Assembly (NCBI GenBank): GCA_963733295.1
Contig: CAVTCS010000003.1
Span: forward strand, 1,472,001-1,536,000
Length of the DNA stretch: 64,000 nt
From: Vulcanimicrobiota bacterium
GTDB lineage: Bacteria > Vulcanimicrobiota > Vulcanimicrobiia > Vulcanimicrobiales > Vulcanimicrobiaceae
Direction of reading: 5' to 3'
Below are positions 29,243 through 37,746 of the stretch, in pieces (positions within the stretch are counted from its first letter, which is position 1; each line of letters begins with the position of its first letter). The position numbers were made by a program, and so were the translations under genes. Below the pieces are notes generated by a model. It was not told the origin of the DNA. It searched no databases and worked only from the letters and a program-made list of their open reading frames with translations.

Positions 29243-29286
29243 TTAACAAGCGTCAATTACTACTGCGGTCCCTTGACAACTGCTAA
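29243..29286. promoter_or_regulatory. Two imperfect palindromes TTRAC-N4-GYYAA, candidate operators upstream of HTH-ribBA
   Basis: TTAACAAGCGTCAA (29243-29256) and TTGACAACTGCTAA (29273-29286), 30 bp apart in an AT-rich spacer. Confidence 0.55.
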
Positions 29287-30353
29287 GACGTTCCGGGATC
29301 CTCGAAGGTTACGATCGCCTTGACCACCTCCGCCCGACGCATGGCGTCGTAGGCCGCACCGGCTTCCGGGAACGGAAAGCTCGCGGCGCCGAGCCGGTGA
29401 GCCGAGACGACCCCGGTCCGCAGCAGGTCCAGCGCCTCGCGCGTGTCGTCCGGGCCGCACGAATACGACGCGATCAGCCGCACGTCGCGGAAATACGTCG
29501 CGTTCTGGTCGATCGCGAAGCGTTCGCCGGGTTCGAGCGGGGTGAACATCAAGACCGCGCCGTCGGGCGCGACGGCCTCGAGCGCGTGAGCGAGCGCGGC
29601 CGCGCTGCCCGGTCCGCAGATCACAGCATCGGCGCCGCGTCCTTCGGTCTTCGCGCGCAGCGCCTCGAGTGCGCTCTCCGGCGCGAAGCCGCTCTCGGCT
29701 CCGAGTTCGCGCGCGAGTTCGAGCCGCTTCGAATGAAAGTCCGAGGCGAAGACGCGCGCGCCGCGAGCTGCGGCCACCGCGACGTGCATGAGTCCCATGA
29801 CGCCCGCGCCGATCGCATACAGCGTGCGTCCCTCGTATCCGCCTGCGGGCTGGGCGCGGCGCAAGGATTTCACGACGCAGCCGAGTGGTTCGACGAGCGC
29901 ACCGTCGGCGAAAGACAGCTCCGGCGGCAGAACGTGCGCGTCGCCGAGGTTGGCGCGCGGCACTCGAAAATACTCGGCCATGCCGCCGGGGTCGAGCGCG
30001 CTGCCGCGCCAGACCGCGCAATGCACGTATTCGCCGCGCTCGCAAAACGCGCACGTAAAACAGGGGGCGTGGTGATGTGCGAAAAGGCGGTCGCCCACTG
30101 CGAACGTGCGGCCGTCGCGCCCGCGAGGCGCGTCCGCCCCCACGGCCACGATCGTTCCGGCCGGCTCGTGCCCGAACACGAACGGGGCTTTGCGCCGCAC
30201 GTACCAGGGCATCAAGTCACCGCTGCAAACGCCGCTCGCGGCGACGCGCACCAAGACGTCGCCGGCTTCGAGGCGTGGAAGCGGCCGCTCTTCGATGCGG
30301 ATGTCGTCGACGTCGTACATGACCGCGGCGCGCATGGCGCGAGGCAAGTTCAC
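29283..30353 (-). CDS. Zinc-dependent alcohol/polyol dehydrogenase (MDR family)
   Basis: GVCSGD, GHE, four-Cys structural Zn site, GAGVMG. Confidence 0.88.
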   Translation of the reverse strand: MNLPRAMRAAVMYDVDDIRIEERPLPRLEAGDVLVRVAASGVCSGDLMPWYVRRKAPFVFGHEPAGTIVAVGADAPRGRDGRTFAVGDRLFAHHHAPCFTCAFCERGEYVHCAVWRGSALDPGGMAEYFRVPRANLGDAHVLPPELSFADGALVEPLGCVVKSLRRAQPAGGYEGRTLYAIGAGVMGLMHVAVAAARGARVFASDFHSKRLELARELGAESGFAPESALEALRAKTEGRGADAVICGPGSAAALAHALEAVAPDGAVLMFTPLEPGERFAIDQNATYFRDVRLIASYSCGPDDTREALDLLRTGVVSAHRLGAASFPFPEAGAAYDAMRRAEVVKAIVTFEDPGTS

Positions 30354-31378
30354 GGGACGATCGCGTACTTCACGCCGTGCCCGGCATCCAGCGACGCGAA
30401 TGCATCCCCGACGCGTTCGAGAGCAAACCGTTCGGAGATCAGCGGCTCGACCTCGACCGCTCCGTTTGCCAGCAGCTCGAAGGCCTCGCGCACGTCACGC
30501 GGCGTGAAATGGAAGGGGCTTATCAGGCGCACTTCGTCGTAGTGCAGGCGCGCGGCGTCGAACGAGACCTGCGTGCCGCCCGGCAAACCCCCGAACAGCG
30601 AAACGGTGCCACCGCGCCGCACCAAGCCCGGCGCGCTCTCCCACACGGTTTGCGTGCCGGTGCTCTCGAGCACCGCGTCGAGCCCGCGGCCTTCCGTCAA
30701 AGCGGCAATCGCGACGCGCGCGTCGAGCTCGCGCGCGTCGATCGTGCGCGCGATGCCGAGCGACCGCGCGAGGGCAAGCCGCTCGCTGCGCCGCCCCACG
30801 AGCACCGGTTGTGGGATCCCGAATGCGCGCGCGACCAGCGCGTGCAAGATGCCGAAGCCGCCGTCTCCAACGATGCCGAACGCCGCGCCGGGCGCTAGGT
30901 CGAGCATGCGCAGCGAGTGGACGACGCAGGCCAGCGGTTCGAGAAATGCGCCCGCTTCGTAACTCAGGTTTTCGGGTTTTCGAAACGCGTTAAGGTTCAA
31001 AATGTGGGACGGTATCGCGACGTACTCGGCGTAGGCTCCGAGAATCTTCGTCGCCATCACGTGCTCGCACAGCTCTTCTTCCCGGTGCAGACACCAATAG
31101 CAAGCGCCGCACGGCGCCGAGTGCACGCTGAGGAGCGAGTCGCCCGATGCGAAGTTCTCGACGCCCGCGCCGACCGCGACGACGTCACCCGAAAACTCGT
31201 GTCCGAAGCGGGTGGGGAGCGGCATCTGCGGATGCCCGCGCCGGAACGCCTTCAAGTCCGTTCCGTCGGTAAGCGCGACGCGCACGCGTACGACCGCACC
31301 GCCCGGCTCGGGTGCGGGAATGAGCTCCTCGCGCAACTCGACGTGGCCGGGAGCGACGAGATACGCCGCGCGCATCAC
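30350..31378 (-). CDS. Zinc-dependent alcohol/polyol dehydrogenase (MDR family)
   Basis: TDGTD, GHEFSG, four-Cys structural Zn site, EPLAC, GDGGFG. Confidence 0.88.
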   Translation of the reverse strand: MMRAAYLVAPGHVELREELIPAPEPGGAVVRVRVALTDGTDLKAFRRGHPQMPLPTRFGHEFSGDVVAVGAGVENFASGDSLLSVHSAPCGACYWCLHREEELCEHVMATKILGAYAEYVAIPSHILNLNAFRKPENLSYEAGAFLEPLACVVHSLRMLDLAPGAAFGIVGDGGFGILHALVARAFGIPQPVLVGRRSERLALARSLGIARTIDARELDARVAIAALTEGRGLDAVLESTGTQTVWESAPGLVRRGGTVSLFGGLPGGTQVSFDAARLHYDEVRLISPFHFTPRDVREAFELLANGAVEVEPLISERFALERVGDAFASLDAGHGVKYAIVP

Positions 31379-31390
31379 GAGCGAGAGATG

Positions 31391-32038
31391 CTAAATATCA
31401 TAAGCCCACGCCAGTTCGTCGTGGGCAGCATCGGTTCCGCGAGCGTAGTACGAAGCTGCGGCGCAGGCATAGCGGGCGATCGGATCGATTTCGAGGTTCA
31501 GACGGTCTCCGGCCGTTTTCGCGCCGAAGGTCGTGCGCGCGAGCGTTTCGGGAATCAGCGCGACCTCGAAACGGCCGGCCCGAAGCGCAGCGATCGTGAG
31601 GCTCACGCCGTCGAGGGCGACGTAGCCTTTCTCGACCAGAAAGGGTTCGAGCCCGGGCGGCAGTTCGAGACTGATTCGAAACCCTTGGCCTTCCGGCGCC
31701 TTGGTGAGAATGCGCGTCGTGGCGTCGACGTGACCGTAGACGAAGTGTCCGCCGATCCGTTCTCCCAACCGGAGCGAAAGTTCGAAGTTGACCCGGTCGC
31801 CGGCGCGCAACGTTCCGAGCGCCGATCGTTCGAGCGTTTCGGGAACGACGTCGAAGGCGCAAAGGCGGCCGTCGTGCGACGCGACCGTGAGACAGACGCC
31901 GTTGACCGCGATCGAATCTTTGTCGGCGACGTCTTCCGCCATCGCTTCGGGCGCTTCGACTTGCAAGCGCGCGCCGCCGCGCGGGTCGTTTTCGAGCGAG
32001 GCGACCCGCGCCACGTACGAGATCAAACCACCGAACAT
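31391..32038 (-). CDS. ribE: Riboflavin synthase
   Basis: MFGGLI, SIAVNGVCLT, GGHFVYGHVD, DGVSLT, LIPETL motifs. Confidence 0.95.
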   Translation of the reverse strand: MFGGLISYVARVASLENDPRGGARLQVEAPEAMAEDVADKDSIAVNGVCLTVASHDGRLCAFDVVPETLERSALGTLRAGDRVNFELSLRLGERIGGHFVYGHVDATTRILTKAPEGQGFRISLELPPGLEPFLVEKGYVALDGVSLTIAALRAGRFEVALIPETLARTTFGAKTAGDRLNLEIDPIARYACAAASYYARGTDAAHDELAWAYDI

Positions 32039-33126
32039 CAATTCTCCTCATCCGGACGCAGCGATACGAGCACGTCGTCGCCCATGCGTTCGACGCGATC
32101 GAAGCGCAGCGTCGCGCCTTCGGCTCGGGTGCCGGCGAGCGCGGGAACCGCGCGCGGGTTGGCGAGCAGTTGGGGTGCGATCAGCCAGTCGACGCGATCG
32201 ACGAGCCTGCGCTCGAGCAGCCGCGCCGCCAAGGTCGGACCGCCTTCGCAGAGCACGCTCGCAACGCCGAGTTCGCGGAGCGCGTGCAGCGCAAGGGCGA
32301 GGTCGAGCGTCCGCGCCTCGCCGTCTCCCACGAAAACGACTTCGGCGACACCGGTGAGCGAAGCGAAGCGCTCCCTCAAACCACCGGGCGCGAGCACGAT
32401 CGTCGGCGCGTAGCCCTCGACCCGCTCGAAGATTCTCCGCGTGGGCTCGACCGGCGCGTCTTCGCACGCGACGATGCGCCGGTAGGGCGTGCGGCGCGCG
32501 TGCGCGGGCCGCACGGTTAGCTGCGGATCGTCGACGCGTACCGTTCCCGCCCCGACCATCACCGCGTCGTGCGTCGCGCGGAGCTCGCGGACGTACGCGC
32601 GCGCGGCTTCACCGGTGAGCCAGTACGAACCAGGTTCGGGCGCGACGTATCCGTCGAGCGACGCGGCGAGTTTGAGGCGCACGTAGGGCCGGTCGCGCCG
32701 GGCCCACACCGCAAAATCTTCGACCAGGTCGAGAGCCCACGGATCGCGCGCAACCTCGACCGCAACGCCCGCCGAGCGGAGTCGCGCGACCCCGCGACCG
32801 GCCGTTCTCGGATGCGGATCGAGCGCGCCCACGACCACTCTCGCGATGCCCGCATCGATGACCGCTTGCGAACAAGGCGGCGTCAGACCCTGATGATCGC
32901 ACGGTTCTAGCGTGACGTACAGCGTCGCGTCGCGTGCATCCCGCGCCGCATCCAGCGCTTCAGTTTCGGCGTGCGCATCTCCGCGCTTGCGGTGAAAGCC
33001 TTCCCCAAGCGTGACACCGTCGCGCACGAGCGTCGCCCCGACGCTCGGATTCGGCGAGGTGCTGCCCTTTCCGCGCGCAGCAAGCTCGCAGGCTCGCGCC
33101 AGGTAGATGCGATCGACTGCGTCGAT
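32038..33126 (-). CDS. ribD: Riboflavin biosynthesis deaminase/reductase (probable ATC start)
   Basis: PNPSVG, HAE, TLEPC..PPC, KLAASLDG, DDPQLT, EGG motifs. Confidence 0.93.
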   Translation of the reverse strand: MDAVDRIYLARACELAARGKGSTSPNPSVGATLVRDGVTLGEGFHRKRGDAHAETEALDAARDARDATLYVTLEPCDHQGLTPPCSQAVIDAGIARVVVGALDPHPRTAGRGVARLRSAGVAVEVARDPWALDLVEDFAVWARRDRPYVRLKLAASLDGYVAPEPGSYWLTGEAARAYVRELRATHDAVMVGAGTVRVDDPQLTVRPAHARRTPYRRIVACEDAPVEPTRRIFERVEGYAPTIVLAPGGLRERFASLTGVAEVVFVGDGEARTLDLALALHALRELGVASVLCEGGPTLAARLLERRLVDRVDWLIAPQLLANPRAVPALAGTRAEGATLRFDRVERMGDDVLVSLRPDEEN

Positions 33127-33407
33127 TACGGTTTGACCTCGACGCCGCGCCAGAAGGCAACGTGATCCTTGATGTGCTTGGCAGCGTCCTTCGGCTCGGG
33201 GTAGTACCATGCCGCGTCGGCGTTCTCGGCGCCGTCGACGAGGACGGTATGATAGCTCGCATCGCCCTTCCACGGACAATGCGTTTTTTTCGAGCTCGGC
33301 TTGAAGAATTCACGTCTTATCGAACCAGGGGGAAAGTAGTGGTTCCCCTCGACCACGTGGGTCTCGTCGCTCTCGGCTAAGACGGTTCCGTTCCAAATCG
33401 CTTTCAT
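33126..33407 (-). CDS. DUF427 family protein
   Basis: VEGNHYFP, CPWKGDASY, AWYYPEP, HVAFW motifs. Confidence 0.88.
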   Translation of the reverse strand: MKAIWNGTVLAESDETHVVEGNHYFPPGSIRREFFKPSSKKTHCPWKGDASYHTVLVDGAENADAAWYYPEPKDAAKHIKDHVAFWRGVEVKP

Positions 33408-34032
33408 GCTGCTCCCCAAGAAGGCTCGGACGTTCGGCGCGAGCGATCGCGAGCGCTCCCTCGACCCGGGCGCCGGCGCGTTCCAGCGCGGCGCTGCAGT
33501 CGCGGAGCGTCGCGCCGGTCGTGACGACGTCGTCCACGAGCAGAACCGCTAGACCCCTCGCGAGCGATGCACTTTCGCACGCGAAACGTCCGCGAGCCTG
33601 CAGCCTCCGGGCGCGCGAGCGTCCCTGCTGAGCCTCTCCCGCGGCGCGCAGCAGCGAAAGCGAGGGAACGCCGCAGCAGCGCTCCAGTTCGCTTGCCAGC
33701 AAGCGGCCTTGATCGAAGCCGCGGAGCGCACGCCGCCGGCGCGTCGTCGGGACGGCGATGAGGACGCGTCCAGGCAGCAGCAGGTTGGGCGCGGCCGCGG
33801 CGAGCAGCGCCGCGAATACCGGCGCAAGATCGCGGCGCCCGGCTTTGAGCGCGAGCACCGCGCGCCGCAACGGTCCCTCGTACGCACCGAGCGCGAGCGC
33901 GGGCGCGCCGCCGATATGAAAGCTCCGCGCCGCAGCGCGTGCGGGTCGACAGCCGGCGCAGAGGATTGCGCCCTCCGCGTGGCAGCCTGCGCAGTTTGCC
34001 GGATAAAGGAAAGCGAGGAGCCGTTCGACCAC
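33310..34032 (-). CDS. comF: ComF family phosphoribosyltransferase-like protein
   Basis: N-terminal CxxC...CxxC, RGFDQ, LLVDDVVTTGATL. The 3' end overlaps the DUF427 gene. Confidence 0.8.
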   Translation of the reverse strand: MVERLLAFLYPANCAGCHAEGAILCAGCRPARAAARSFHIGGAPALALGAYEGPLRRAVLALKAGRRDLAPVFAALLAAAAPNLLLPGRVLIAVPTTRRRRALRGFDQGRLLASELERCCGVPSLSLLRAAGEAQQGRSRARRLQARGRFACESASLARGLAVLLVDDVVTTGATLRDCSAALERAGARVEGALAIARAERPSLLGEQHESDLERNRLSRERRDPRGRGEPLLSPWFDKT

Positions 34033-34200
34033 GCAATCCCATCGCGCCCAGGAGCCGGCGCGGCAAGGGCGGCGCACAGCGAAGCTCACTCTAGGCTTTG
34101 CGAGCTTACGGGGCGCGCCACATGAACGCGGTTGCAACACCGCGGTACGTACCCGACGCACAACGACCGCGTGATCTACTACGGGGCGGGGGCGAGCTCG

Positions 34201-34232
34201 GGTTCGTTGGCGACGATCGCGTCGTCGAGCGA
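34201..34232. repeat. Direct repeat copy matching 35059-35090 (duplicated gene 3' end)
   Basis: 29 of 32 nt identical to the 3' end of the nucleotidyltransferase gene; both copies encode AIVANEPE. Confidence 0.8.
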
Positions 34233-34273
34233 TGTGGCTGCGGGCGGAACCGCAGAAGCCGCTCGGCGGGCGC

Positions 34274-34696
34274 TCATCGCGTCCACGGGTCGAACGTCCT
34301 GCATAGGCCGGCGAAGTCGCGCTCGTTCCGCGTGACCATCGTAAGGCCGTGCGCACTTGCTGTCGCCGCTAACATGCAATCGATGATTGGAACCGATCGG
34401 CCCTTGGATTTCATTTGGGCATCTGCGCTGCCCCAGCGATCGGCCACGGCGAGGTCGAACGTGAGCACGCGCCCCTCGAAGCGTTGCGGCAGCTCGACCG
34501 TGAGCCAACGCTCGAGATCTCGGTGCTTGGCGCGCGGCGCGAGTTCGACACCTTTGCGAAGCTCGCCGAAGGTCAACACGCTAAGGAAGATGGTCGCTTC
34601 GTCAGCGCTCGACAACCACTGCACGAATCCGAAGTTCGGTCGAGCCTTCAAGGGCTCGGAAATCGCGTTGGTATCGAGCAGATAGCCGCCGTTCAC
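34274..34696 (-). CDS. vapC: VapC PIN-domain toxin
   Basis: YLLDTNAISE, TFGEL, IDCMLAATA, VTRNERDF motifs. Confidence 0.92.
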   Translation of the reverse strand: MNGGYLLDTNAISEPLKARPNFGFVQWLSSADEATIFLSVLTFGELRKGVELAPRAKHRDLERWLTVELPQRFEGRVLTFDLAVADRWGSADAQMKSKGRSVPIIDCMLAATASAHGLTMVTRNERDFAGLCRTFDPWTR

Positions 34697-34959
34697 AGTT
34701 CGAGGTCGCGGCTCACTTCACGGCTCCGCTCGACCTCGAGCGAGACGTCCGGATGCGGCCGCGAAGCCAGAAATTCAAGCAGCGACACCCCCGGCTTCGT
34801 GGTGGCCGTGAAATCCTCGACGCGAACCACGATGACCGCGTCGACGCCGCGGCGCCGGATCAACTGCGGCTTGCCCGTCAGCGCGCGATCGACAAGCTCG
34901 CTCAGGCGGGCCTTCGCGTCCTGAAGATTCCAGCGGTTCCCGGTTCCAATTTGACTCAT
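34693..34959 (-). CDS. Phd/YefM family antitoxin
   Basis: WNLQDAKARLSELVDRA..PQLIRRRG; overlaps the vapC start. Confidence 0.9.
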   Translation of the reverse strand: MSQIGTGNRWNLQDAKARLSELVDRALTGKPQLIRRRGVDAVIVVRVEDFTATTKPGVSLLEFLASRPHPDVSLEVERSREVSRDLEL

Positions 34960-34967
34960 GCTGTCCC

Positions 34968-35013
34968 ACTAGTTGAACTAGTCTATGATAAGGCCCGGGC
35001 GGTGCCGCGTCAA
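34968..35013 (-). promoter_or_regulatory. Sigma70 promoter and operator of the TA operon
   Basis: TTGACG(35013-35008)-17 bp-TATCAT(34990-34985), then ACTAGT-N3-ACTAGT (34968-34982). Confidence 0.75.
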
Positions 35014-35033
35014 GCTCCGGATCTAGCCGCCGC

Positions 35034-36071
35034 TTAGCTTCCCGCGGGCGCCGGTTCCGGTTCGTTGGCGACGATTGCGCCGGCGAGCGAAGCGCCGGCG
35101 CCGATCGCGTAGTTGTTGCCGACGATGCTGTCGCTGATCTGCGCAGCTCGGCCGACGGTCACGCCGTCCCAGAGAATCGAACGCTCGATATGGACGTCTC
35201 GGCCCAATACGACGTCGTCGCCGATCACGCTCGGTCCGTCGATCTGCACGCCCTGGCCGAGGTGCGCGCGCCGGCCGATGTGCACGGCACCGCTGATGCG
35301 CACGCCCTCGCTGACAACGACATCCGGCGCGATACCACGTCGCGCCCGCCCCGGCAAGCGCACGCGGCCTTCGAGCACGTCGCGCGTTGCGCGCCGGTAT
35401 TCCGACGGCGTCCCGATGTCGCACCAGTACGCGCCGGGCATCTCGAGCCCGTAAAAACGAGCGCCTTCGCGCTGCAACTCGGGGAAGACGTTCTTTCCGA
35501 AGTCCCAAAACGTCGCGGCGGGGATATGCTCGAAGATCGCCGGTTCGAAGACGTAGATCCCCGTATTGACGAGTTTGGACTTCTCCGTTCCGGGCGCCGG
35601 TTTCTCTTGGAAGCCGGTAATCCGCCCCTCCGCGTCGAGCACTACGACGCCGTAGTGCGAAACGTCTTCCCCGCGCACGAGCGCGATCGTCGCGAGTGCC
35701 TCCCGCTCGCGATGAAACGCGATCACCGCCGACAGATCCAGGTCGGTCAGATCGTCGCAGCCCACCACGACGAACGTCTCGTCGAAGAACCTCTCCATTT
35801 GCTTGACCGCGCCGGCGCTGCCTAGCAATTCCGGTTCCCGCAAGTACTCCAGTCGCACGCCGAAGTCCGAGCCGTCGCCGAAGCGTTCTTCGATCGCGTC
35901 GCCGAGGTAGTGCACGTTGATCGCGATTTCGTCGATGCCGAACGAGTGCAAGTAGCGAATCACGTGCGCCGTATTGGGCTCTCCCGCAATCGGCACGAGG
36001 GGCTTGGGAATCTCTTTGGTGAGCGGATAGAGCCGCGTCGAGAGGCCGCCGGCGAGAATCATGCCCTTCAT
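35034..36071 (-). CDS. NDP-sugar synthase (mannose-1-phosphate guanylyltransferase-like)
   Basis: MILAGGLSTRLYPLT..PKP, EKP, WCDIG motifs; C-terminal hexapeptide repeats. Confidence 0.88.
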   Translation of the reverse strand: MKGMILAGGLSTRLYPLTKEIPKPLVPIAGEPNTAHVIRYLHSFGIDEIAINVHYLGDAIEERFGDGSDFGVRLEYLREPELLGSAGAVKQMERFFDETFVVVGCDDLTDLDLSAVIAFHREREALATIALVRGEDVSHYGVVVLDAEGRITGFQEKPAPGTEKSKLVNTGIYVFEPAIFEHIPAATFWDFGKNVFPELQREGARFYGLEMPGAYWCDIGTPSEYRRATRDVLEGRVRLPGRARRGIAPDVVVSEGVRISGAVHIGRRAHLGQGVQIDGPSVIGDDVVLGRDVHIERSILWDGVTVGRAAQISDSIVGNNYAIGAGASLAGAIVANEPEPAPAGS

Positions 36072-36814
36072 GCAGCGGATCCCGGCTTTCCGGTCGCGCG
36101 TTCGAACAACGCCAGCAGCACGAACTTGGGCAGCGCCAATTGGCGGCGCCAGCGCGACGGCTCGCGCACCAGCCGGTAGAGCCATTCCAAGCCCAGGCGC
36201 CGCCACGCTTCGGGCGCGCGCGCTACGTTGCCGGCGATGACGTCCAGCGAACCGCCGACGCCGATGCCCACGCCGCAGCCGGTCTCGGCGAGACGGCTCG
36301 ACAGCCAGAACTCCTGACGGGGCGAGCCGAGGCCGGCCAGGAGCACGCGCGCACCGCTCGCGCGAACTGCTCGCGTCACTTCGGCATCCTCATTCGGCGA
36401 GAAGTATCCGTCGCGCGCTCCCGCCACGCGCAAGCCCGGATGACGAGCCACGAGCGCCGCCGCCGCGCGCGACGCGGTGTCGCCCTTCGCGCCTAAGAAA
36501 TAGACCGGCAGCGCTTCGCGTGCGAGCGCCGCGCAGAGCGGCTCCAGAAGCTCGACGCCGGCCACGCGTTCGCGTAGCGGCGCACCTTGTAGGCGCGCCG
36601 CCATCAGCACGCCGACCGTATCGCACAACGACAGAGCGCTCGAGTTGACGACCGCGCGAAACTTTTTGTCGCTTTGCGCGCAAACGATCATCTCGGTTCC
36701 CAGCGTCACGACGAGCGACGGGTCGCTGCCGCGTGCCAGCGCCACGATGCGCTGCACGGCAGCTTCCGTGCCGAGCGCGTCGACGCGGCACCCGAGGATC
36801 GTCGCGTGATCCAT
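36068..36814 (-). CDS. WecB/TagA/CpsF glycosyltransferase
   Basis: ERVAGVEL, DGYF, GLGSPRQE, GVGGSLD, GLEWLYRL..EPSRWRR motifs. Confidence 0.92.
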   Translation of the reverse strand: MDHATILGCRVDALGTEAAVQRIVALARGSDPSLVVTLGTEMIVCAQSDKKFRAVVNSSALSLCDTVGVLMAARLQGAPLRERVAGVELLEPLCAALAREALPVYFLGAKGDTASRAAAALVARHPGLRVAGARDGYFSPNEDAEVTRAVRASGARVLLAGLGSPRQEFWLSSRLAETGCGVGIGVGGSLDVIAGNVARAPEAWRRLGLEWLYRLVREPSRWRRQLALPKFVLLALFERATGKPGSAA

Positions 36815-36816
36815 TC

Positions 36817-37746
36817 TTACGAGACCGCTGCCAAACCGGCCGCGCGGGCTCGCTCCCGGTATGGTGCGAGCAACGGACGCAGCCGTTCTTCGAGCGCTGC
36901 CGGCATCGTCCCGAGCGGTGAGCGACAGGGTCCGCAAGCGAATCCGAGTTCGTTGAGCGCCCACTTCACCGGGATCGGGCTGGTCGTCGCAAAGAGCGCT
37001 GCGAACAGTTCCGAGAGTGCGAGGTGGATCGCCGCTGCTCGCGTGACGTTGCCCGCATCGTGCGCGTCGAGCATCTCGCGCAATTCGCGTCCGCACAAGT
37101 GCGCCGCGACGCTGACCAACCCGTCGCCGCCGATTCCCAGCGACGGCATGAAGAGATAATCGTCGCCGCACCAGAAACCAAAGCCGTCGGGCCGGTCGCG
37201 CAGGATCTCCGAAAACTGCGCGAAGTCGGCGCTCGACTCTTTGACGCCCGCGATGTTCCCGTGACGCTTCGCGAGCTCGAGCAGCGTCGCAGGCAACATG
37301 TTAGCGCCGGTGCGGCCCGGAATATTGTAGACGATGACCGGCAGCGGCGTCGCTTCCGCGATCGCGCCGAAGTGCCGCAACATGCCGTCCTGCGTCGGCT
37401 TGTTGTAGTACGGAACGACCGCGAGAATGGCGTCGGCGCCGCAAGCTTCGGCCGCTTTACTGAATTCGACGGAGTGGTGCGTATTGTTGCCGCCGGTTCC
37501 GGCCACGACCGAGCCGCTCGTTCCGAGCGCCTCTTTGCAAGCTCTGAAAAGGTCCAGCTTCTCCACGTCCTCGAGGGCCGGCGATTCGCCGGTCGTCCCG
37601 CTGACTACTACACCATCGTTGCCTTGCGCGACCAGAAAACGCGCGAGACGCGCCGCTTCGGGCAGATCGACGTGATCCTTGCGGTTGAAGGGCGTCACCA
37701 TCGCCGTCAACAACCGGCCGACGCGTGGCGCTCGGGAAATGCTCAT
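36817..37746 (-). CDS. dapA: 4-hydroxy-tetrahydrodipicolinate synthase
   Basis: TAMVTPF, GTTGES, PYYNKP, YNIPGRT, GVKES motifs. Confidence 0.96.
   Translation of the reverse strand: MSISRAPRVGRLLTAMVTPFNRKDHVDLPEAARLARFLVAQGNDGVVVSGTTGESPALEDVEKLDLFRACKEALGTSGSVVAGTGGNNTHHSVEFSKAAEACGADAILAVVPYYNKPTQDGMLRHFGAIAEATPLPVIVYNIPGRTGANMLPATLLELAKRHGNIAGVKESSADFAQFSEILRDRPDGFGFWCGDDYLFMPSLGIGGDGLVSVAAHLCGRELREMLDAHDAGNVTRAAAIHLALSELFAALFATTSPIPVKWALNELGFACGPCRSPLGTMPAALEERLRPLLAPYRERARAAGLAAVS

Noticed and set aside
33310..33407. 98-nt overlap of the comF tail with DUF427
   Set aside because: Probably a drifted stop codon; the tail has no recognisable motif.
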